From Deltaproteobacteria bacterium (GTDB lineage: Bacteria; Myxococcota_A; Polyangia; Polyangiales; Houyiibacteriaceae): a stretch of 13,396 nucleotides of DNA. The notes under the pieces are model-generated. The model did no database searches. It was not told the origin of the DNA and saw only the letters and a list, made by a program, of their open reading frames with translations. Positions 7,400 through 13,396 of the stretch are shown here, piece by piece (position 1 is the stretch's first letter; each line of letters opens with the position of its first letter). The DNA lies in assembly GCA_034670305.1 (NCBI GenBank), contig JAXMNT010000092.1, forward strand, positions 1 through 13,396, given 5' to 3'. The position numbers and the translations under genes are program-made.

Positions 7400-10300
7400 A
7401 TGGGCTTTACCAGCTACCTCATGGGGGCCGAGTCGCTCCTGGTTCAGTGCGCCGAGATCTTGCTCGACCGCGGTCACTTCATTCGCGGCGTCATCACCGA
7501 CAACCGCGAGATCGTGCAGTGGGCGCGTGGCCGCTCGATCCCGGTGCTCGCACCCGGGCGCGGACTCGAGGAGCGCATCACGGAGGACTTCGATTGGTTC
7601 TTCTCCATCGCGAACCTGCGCATCATCTCGGACGCGGTCCTCGCGAAGGCGAACGCCGGCGCCGTCAACTTCCACGACGGCCCCCTCCCGCGTTTCGCCG
7701 GACTCAACGCGCCGAACTGGGCGCTGCTCGAGAACGAACCCCGCCACGGGATCACGTGGCACAAGATCGAAGCCGGCATCGACGAAGGCCACGTCATGGC
7801 CCGCCGCGAGTTCGACATGCCCGAGCTCGCCACCGCGCTCGAGTTGAACACCGCTTGCTACGAAGCGGCGATCGACAGCTTTCCGGAGGTGCTCGAGCGC
7901 ATCGAGAAGGGCGACACGACCGGCGAACCGCAGGACCTCTCGCGCCGCACCTACTTCGGCAAACACGACCGGCCGCCCGCGCTCGCGCTGATCGACTTCT
8001 CGGGCGAAGCCGAGGCCGCGGTGCGCCTCGTGCGCGCGCTCGACTTCGGCACGAAGTACCCGAACCCGATGCAGATCGCGAAGGTCGTCCTGGACGGCGA
8101 GGTGCTCCTCGTCCGGAGCGCCGAGGTCGGGCACGCCACGGGTGCACCCGGCACGGTGCTCGAAGCGGACGTGAACGGGGCCACCGTCGCGGCCGGAAAC
8201 GGCTCGGTCGTGCTCACCTCGCTGACGACGCAAGACGGCGTCGCCCGCTGCCCCTCGACGCTGGCAGGCAAGACCCTTGAGCTCTTCGACGCGGTGACGC
8301 GGCAACGGCTCACCGACCGCAACGCGGAGATCTGCAAGGCGGACGACTTCTACGCGGCGCGGCTCGAAGCCCTCGACCCGATCGAACTGCCCATGCTCGG
8401 TGCCCGCACCGAAGCGCCTCAGCAGGCGATGGTCGAGGTCGACGCGGGTGGCCTCGAGGGGCCGCAGTGGGTGGCCGGCGTTGCGGCGTTCTTGGCCCGG
8501 GCCGGCGCCAAGAAGTCCTTCCACGTTGGGTGGCGCGGACGAACCCTGGCCGCCGCGATCGAAGGCGACGAGCGGTTCTTCGCGTCGTCGGTGCCGATGA
8601 AGGTCGACGCCTCCGGCACCATCGCGACGCTCGGCGCGCTGCTCGAGAAAGAGCTCGGACGGCTCGACGCGCGGGTCAGCTTCGCGCGCGATCTCGTCGC
8701 CCGCCGACCCCGCGCGGTTCGGGGCACGCTCGATGTGGTCGTCGCGCCGCTCGCCGAGGGACTCGTCGATGGCTCGGGACTGACCCTGGCGCTCGGCAAG
8801 ATCTACTACGACTGCAAGCGGCTCTCCGCGGCCGACGCGAGCACCCTCGCGCGCCGCCTCGGCGTGCTGCTGACCGCCGTCGAAGACGACACCGAGGTCA
8901 GCGACCTCCCGCTCCTGACCGACGCGGAGCGCCGGCAGCTGCTCTTCGACTGGAACGCAACGCAGACCGAGTTCGACCGGGACAGCTGCATGCACCAGCT
9001 CTTCGAGAAGATGGTGGACGCGACACCGGACGCGACCGCGCTGGTCTTCGAAGGCGCGCGTCTGACCTACCGGCAGCTCGACGAGCGCGCGAACCAGGTC
9101 GCCCACGTGCTGCAGAGCCGCGGCGTCGGACCGGACGCGATCGTCGGTTTGTACGTACACCGTTCGCTCGAGCTCGTCGTCGGTGCGCTCGGCATCCTCA
9201 AAGCCGGCGGCGCCTACCTGCCGCTCGACCCGGAGTACCCCGCGGACCGCATCGCGCTCATGCTCGAGGACAGCCGCGCGAAGGTGGTGCTCACCCACGT
9301 CGAAGCGAGCCGCACCCTGCAGACCAGCGCGGAGGTGCTCGTCATCGATCGAGACCCGGAGGTGCTGCGCGCGCCGACCGCACGGGTCGCGTCGAAGGTC
9401 ACCTCGAAGAACCTCTCGTACGTCATCTACACCTCGGGTTCGACCGGGCGCCCCAAGGGCGTGATGATCGAACACCGCAACGTCTCGAACTTCTTCGCCG
9501 GCATGGACGCACGCATTCCGCGTCCGGATGCGGGCAGTGGCAAAGAGGTCTGGCTCGCGGTCACGAGTTTGAGCTTCGACATCTCGGTCCTCGAGCTCTT
9601 CTGGACGATCGCGCGCGGCTTCACCGTGGTCGTGCACCGGGAGCGCGAACGCCGCGGTCCGGGCGCCGTGTCTCCGCAGGTTGCGGCGCGGCCCATGGGG
9701 TTCGGCCTCTTCTACTGGGGCAACGACGACGGTCAGGGACCGCGCAAGTACGAGCTCCTGCTCGAAGGCGCAAAGTTCGGCGACCGGAACGGGTTCACTT
9801 CCATCTGGACGCCCGAGCGGCACTTCCATGCGTTCGGCGGTCCCTATCCGAACCCGGCCGTGACCGGCGCAGCGGTCGCTGCGGTGACGCGCAACATGGA
9901 CGTGCGCGCGGGCAGCTGCGTCGCGCCCCTGCACCACCCGATTCGCATCGCGGAGGAGTGGGCGGTCATCGACAACCTGACCAACGGACGCGTCGGCCTC
10001 GCGTTCGCATCCGGTTGGCAGCCCGACGACTTCGTGATTCGCCCCGAGAACGCGCCCCCGAAGAACAAGGACGCGATGCTCGACTCGATCGACGTCGTGC
10101 GGCGCCTCTGGCGCGGCGAGTCCGTGGAGTTCGACAAGGGCGACGGCGAGATGTTCGCTGTGGTGACCCAGCCGCGCCCGGTCTCCGCGGAGCTGCGGGT
10201 CTGGGTGACGACCGCCGGCAACCCCGAGACTTGGCGGGCCGCGGGAGAGAAGGGCGCCAACGTCCTCACCCATCTGCTCGGTCAGTCGATCGAAGAGGTT

Positions 10301-11962
10301 GGCGAGAAGATCAAGGTCTACCACCAGGCGCTCCGCGACGCGGGGCACGACCCGGCCGACCACGCGGTCACCCTGATGCTCCACACGTTCCTCGCGGACA
10401 CCCGCGAAGAGTCGCGTGAGATCGCCCGCGAACCGATGAAGGGTTACCTGCGCGCCGCGGCCGGGCTCATCAAGCAGTACGCCTGGGCGTTCCCCGCGTT
10501 CAAGAAGCCGGCCGGCGTCGAGAACCCCTTCCAGATCGATCTGCAGTCGCTCTCGACCGAAGAGATGGACGCGATCCTCGACTTCGCCTTCACCCGGTAC
10601 TTCGAGGACAGTGGACTCTTCGGCACGATCGAAGACGCGGTCACGCGGGTGAACGAGCTCAAAGCCATCGGCGTCGACGAAGTGGCGTGCCTCATCGACT
10701 ACGGCATCGAACCCCGGGTCGTGCTCGAACATCTCAAGCACGTCGCGAAGGTCATCGCGCAGACCGGCGAACCGGTGCTCGAAGCGCCGGCCCCCGACGC
10801 GGATCATTCGGTCGCCGCGCAGCTCACCCGCGAAGCGGTCACGCACATGCAGTGCACGCCCTCGATGGCGCGGCTGATGACCCTCGACGACCGCGCGCGG
10901 ACCGCGCTGCGCGGCCTGCAGTGTTTCTTGATCGGCGGCGAAGCCTTGCCGGGTGCGCTTGTCGGGGAGATCGGAACGCTGACCGATGCGCACATCGAGA
11001 ACATGTACGGGCCGACCGAGACGACCATCTGGTCCTCCACCCAGACCGCGGCCGCGGGCGATGGCATCACGGGCATCGGCACGCCGATCGCCAACACCCA
11101 GATGTACGTACTCGACCTCGATCGGCAGCCGGTTCCGGTTGGCGCACCTGGGGAACTCTTCATCGGCGGCGACGGCGTGACGCGCGGCTACCTCTACCGC
11201 GACGAACTCACCCGCGAACGGTTCCTGCCCGATCCGTTCCGGGGTGGCGACGCGCGCATGTACCGCACGGGGGACCTGGTTCGGTGGTTGCCCGACGGCA
11301 CGCTCGGGTTCATCGGCCGGGTCGATCATCAGGTGAAGCTGCGCGGCTACCGCATCGAACTCGGTGAGATCGAATCAAGGCTCAACGAATGTTCCGAGGT
11401 CCGCGAGGCGATCGTGATCGCGCGCGAGGACACACCAGGCGACAAACGGTTGGTGGCGTACATGACGGTCGACGCGGAGATCGACGAGGCTCAACTTCGG
11501 GCGCATCTGGGCGAGTCGCTGCCGGAGTACATGGTGCCGAGTCACTTCGTGGTGCTGGATGCGTTCCCGCTCACGCCGAACGCCAAGGTGGACCGCAAGA
11601 AGCTGCCTCCGCCGGGCGAAGTCAAACGCGCGAAGGCGGCCGCATACGTGGCACCCGACAGCGACACCGAAGTGAAGATCGCCGAGGTGTGGAAGAAGGT
11701 GCTCGGCGCCTCTCAGGCCGGATCGCGCGACAATTTCTTCGAGCTTGGCGGGCACTCGCTCTTGGCCGTGCAAGCGCACCGGGAGCTCAAGGGCATGTTT
11801 CCGAGCGCGACCCTCTCCATCACCGACATCTTCCGGTTTCCGACGCTGGGAGAGCTCGCGGCGCATCTCGACGGCGGCAGCGGTGGATCGAAGAAGCTCG
11901 GCAAGGCGGCGGAGCGTGCGGCCGCTCGGCGAGAGATGATGCGAAAGCGTCGTGGTCGCTGA
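7400..11962 (+). CDS. Single-module NRPS: formyltransferase - degenerate condensation-like linker - adenylation domain interrupted by a MupA/Atu3671-type luciferase-like monooxygenase - peptidyl carrier protein
   Basis: F: NFHDGPLPRFAG, HKIEAGIDEG. A: LTYRQLDERANQ (A1), LKAGGAYLPLDP (A2), YVIYTSGSTGRPKG (A3), SFDISV (A4), NMYGPTETTIW (A5), GELFIGGDGVTRGY (A6), YRTGD (A7), GRVDHQVKLRGYRIELGEIE (A8), PNAKVDR (A10). LLM about 9695-10762: FGLFYWG...WTPERHFHAFGGPYPNP...HHPIRIAEEWAVIDNLTNGRVGLAFASGW. T: DNFFELGGHSLL (Ser codon 11756-11758). No TE. Confidence 0.93.
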   Translation: MGFTSYLMGAESLLVQCAEILLDRGHFIRGVITDNREIVQWARGRSIPVLAPGRGLEERITEDFDWFFSIANLRIISDAVLAKANAGAVNFHDGPLPRFAGLNAPNWALLENEPRHGITWHKIEAGIDEGHVMARREFDMPELATALELNTACYEAAIDSFPEVLERIEKGDTTGEPQDLSRRTYFGKHDRPPALALIDFSGEAEAAVRLVRALDFGTKYPNPMQIAKVVLDGEVLLVRSAEVGHATGAPGTVLEADVNGATVAAGNGSVVLTSLTTQDGVARCPSTLAGKTLELFDAVTRQRLTDRNAEICKADDFYAARLEALDPIELPMLGARTEAPQQAMVEVDAGGLEGPQWVAGVAAFLARAGAKKSFHVGWRGRTLAAAIEGDERFFASSVPMKVDASGTIATLGALLEKELGRLDARVSFARDLVARRPRAVRGTLDVVVAPLAEGLVDGSGLTLALGKIYYDCKRLSAADASTLARRLGVLLTAVEDDTEVSDLPLLTDAERRQLLFDWNATQTEFDRDSCMHQLFEKMVDATPDATALVFEGARLTYRQLDERANQVAHVLQSRGVGPDAIVGLYVHRSLELVVGALGILKAGGAYLPLDPEYPADRIALMLEDSRAKVVLTHVEASRTLQTSAEVLVIDRDPEVLRAPTARVASKVTSKNLSYVIYTSGSTGRPKGVMIEHRNVSNFFAGMDARIPRPDAGSGKEVWLAVTSLSFDISVLELFWTIARGFTVVVHRERERRGPGAVSPQVAARPMGFGLFYWGNDDGQGPRKYELLLEGAKFGDRNGFTSIWTPERHFHAFGGPYPNPAVTGAAVAAVTRNMDVRAGSCVAPLHHPIRIAEEWAVIDNLTNGRVGLAFASGWQPDDFVIRPENAPPKNKDAMLDSIDVVRRLWRGESVEFDKGDGEMFAVVTQPRPVSAELRVWVTTAGNPETWRAAGEKGANVLTHLLGQSIEEVGEKIKVYHQALRDAGHDPADHAVTLMLHTFLADTREESREIAREPMKGYLRAAAGLIKQYAWAFPAFKKPAGVENPFQIDLQSLSTEEMDAILDFAFTRYFEDSGLFGTIEDAVTRVNELKAIGVDEVACLIDYGIEPRVVLEHLKHVAKVIAQTGEPVLEAPAPDADHSVAAQLTREAVTHMQCTPSMARLMTLDDRARTALRGLQCFLIGGEALPGALVGEIGTLTDAHIENMYGPTETTIWSSTQTAAAGDGITGIGTPIANTQMYVLDLDRQPVPVGAPGELFIGGDGVTRGYLYRDELTRERFLPDPFRGGDARMYRTGDLVRWLPDGTLGFIGRVDHQVKLRGYRIELGEIESRLNECSEVREAIVIAREDTPGDKRLVAYMTVDAEIDEAQLRAHLGESLPEYMVPSHFVVLDAFPLTPNAKVDRKKLPPPGEVKRAKAAAYVAPDSDTEVKIAEVWKKVLGASQAGSRDNFFELGGHSLLAVQAHRELKGMFPSATLSITDIFRFPTLGELAAHLDGGSGGSKKLGKAAERAAARREMMRKRRGR

Positions 11963-11974
11963 TAGGCTTCCCAC

Positions 11975-12538
11975 GTGGCGATGAACGTACGAACGCGGGG
12001 GCACGTGCTCCAGCGCCACATCTCCTACGTCGAGACCCGGTGGGGCGAGGAGATGCTGGAGTCCGCATTCGAGCTCTGCTCGAATGGGGTGGCCAATGCG
12101 CTTCGGGAAGCGCTGGTCCCTGGCGCGTGGTTTCCCATCCTCTGGCTCAGCCGGTTTCAGCACGCGGTGGTGGCCGCGACGGACAACGTCGAAGCCATCG
12201 AAGACCTCTCGTACGACACTTCGACGGGGTACATCAGTCAGTTCTCGGGACTCGCCGCGCATGTGCTCAGCCCCTCGGGCGTGCTGCGCAAGGTCCCGAG
12301 CATGCTCGGTGACTCGTTTCACGGCCCCGAGGTGGTGATCGAAGTCGAAGGGGACCGTGCCACCGTGCATCACACCAAGTGCGCGGGCTTCGACTCGTTG
12401 ATGTGGGGCATGATGCACGCGGGCCTCGTGGGCATGCTCGATGGCACCGGCGCGCACGACGTCCGGCAGGAGATCCTGCGGGGCGGGGGCACCAGCGACG
12501 AGTGCCTGCTCGAACTGAAGTGGCGTCGCCGCACCTGA
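11975..12538 (+). CDS. Small V4R/HNOX-like protein resembling myxobacterial DUF2378/TIGR02265-type proteins; function unknown
   Basis: Fills the gap between NRPS and PPTase on the same strand; pattern RG....V...WG...L.PGAWFP...SP..VL...G.LVGML...G...C.LELKW resembles this family (recognised by eye). Start GTG 11975 or ATG 11981. Confidence 0.6.
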   Translation: MAMNVRTRGHVLQRHISYVETRWGEEMLESAFELCSNGVANALREALVPGAWFPILWLSRFQHAVVAATDNVEAIEDLSYDTSTGYISQFSGLAAHVLSPSGVLRKVPSMLGDSFHGPEVVIEVEGDRATVHHTKCAGFDSLMWGMMHAGLVGMLDGTGAHDVRQEILRGGGTSDECLLELKWRRRT

Positions 12539-12564
12539 CGACGGCGCAGTCGACCTTGGACCCC

Positions 12565-13269
12565 GTGCTGGCTTCTGACAACGCAGACCTCTTCGCCCGA
12601 CTCTTCAAGGGCCCGGTGGTGGTGGAAGAGATGGACCCCGCGTCGGTGCCTGCCGACTTGTCTCCGCTCCATCCAGGCGAAGCGGCGATGATGGCCCGCG
12701 CGGTGGAGAAGCGTCGCCGAGAGTTCACCGCCGGGCGCGTCCTCGCGCGCACCGCGATGGGGCGGCTCGGGATCTCCGAGCAGCCGCTTCTCAATGGAGA
12801 CGACCGGGCCCCCATCTGGCCCGCCGGCGTGGTCGGCACCATCACCCACACCCGCGGCTGGTGCGCGGTGGCGATGGCGAAGGCGACCGACGTGCGGGCG
12901 CTGGGTGCCGACGTCGAACAAGACACACCGCTCGAAGCGCGCCTCTGGGACTCCGTGCTCAACCCAGACGAGATCGACCACCTTCAAGGCATGCACGCGG
13001 ACGAGGCACGCGCGCTCGGCAAACTCATCTTCAGCGCCAAGGAGTGCGCCTACAAAGCGCAGTACCTGCTGACCCGAACGTTCCTCGGGTTCTCGGCCAT
13101 GAGCGTCTCGGTCGACGCCGATGCGCGTTCGGACAGTGGTTCGTGGACGGCGACCTTCCGCCAATCCGCCGGTGAGTCGTTTCAGACGGGAGACCAACTC
13201 CACGGAAGCTTCCGCCGCACCGGTGGGCTGATCGCCACCGCGCTCGTGATCCCGTTCGAGTTGGGATAG
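12565..13269 (+). CDS. 4'-phosphopantetheinyl transferase, EntD/Npt type
   Basis: AVEKRRREFTAGR..AR.AM..LG, DRAPIWPAGVVGTITHT, ALGADVE, IFSAKECAYKAQY motifs. Start uncertain (GTG 12520, TTG 12556 or GTG 12565). Confidence 0.9.
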   Translation: MLASDNADLFARLFKGPVVVEEMDPASVPADLSPLHPGEAAMMARAVEKRRREFTAGRVLARTAMGRLGISEQPLLNGDDRAPIWPAGVVGTITHTRGWCAVAMAKATDVRALGADVEQDTPLEARLWDSVLNPDEIDHLQGMHADEARALGKLIFSAKECAYKAQYLLTRTFLGFSAMSVSVDADARSDSGSWTATFRQSAGESFQTGDQLHGSFRRTGGLIATALVIPFELG

Positions 13270-13274
13270 TCGCT

Positions 13275-13300
13275 AGCAGGTCGCTGAAAAGCGACCTGCT
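13275..13300 (+). terminator. Perfect 11-bp hairpin with GAAA tetraloop downstream of the PPTase gene
   Basis: AGCAGGTCGCT-GAAA-AGCGACCTGCT; no canonical U tract, followed instead by a pyrimidine-rich hexamer tract. Confidence 0.65.
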
Positions 13301-13334
13301 CCCTTGCCGTTGCCCTTGCCCGTGCCCTTGCCCG
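13301..13334. repeat. Short hexamer tract (CCCTTG/CCGTTG/CCCGTG), about 5.5 units
   Basis: CCCTTG CCGTTG CCCTTG CCCGTG CCCTTG CCCG read directly. Confidence 0.75.
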
Positions 13335-13396
13335 CGTCGTGGACGCCGTGTGTTTCGCGACGGCGAGGCGCGAATCGGAGCGCGATGCCCAGCGGA

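Noticed and set aside
6902-11329. 1475-aa ORF on the minus strand
   Set aside because: Antisense shadow of the NRPS and kinase genes; high-GC codon bias suppresses stops on the opposite strand; no recognisable domain motifs.

Overview
GC-rich bacterial window; the gene families and intergenic repeats suggest Myxococcota (inference). Nine protein-coding genes are supported. In order: a two-domain VOC/glyoxalase gene (+); a divergent polysaccharide pair (WcaJ-type priming phosphoglycosyltransferase on -, Wza/OPX-type export lipoprotein on +); a DGPF(YciI) plus ECF42-type sigma factor operon; a Hanks Ser/Thr kinase fused to a macrodomain; a single-module NRPS (formyltransferase - degenerate C-like linker - Gly-type A domain interrupted by a luciferase-like monooxygenase - T, no TE); a V4R/DUF2378-like small protein; and an EntD-type PPTase. 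Non-coding highlights: two identically spaced CTGTCGATC-N12-GTTCGACTC motifs matching the ECF42 promoter consensus (upstream of the VOC gene and of the DGPF-ECF42 operon); four strand-asymmetric intergenic hexamer tracts, two directly behind hairpins; a 14-bp-phased repeat array between the divergent polysaccharide genes; and several candidate leaderless promoters. Start codons were chosen by eye and no database searches were run.
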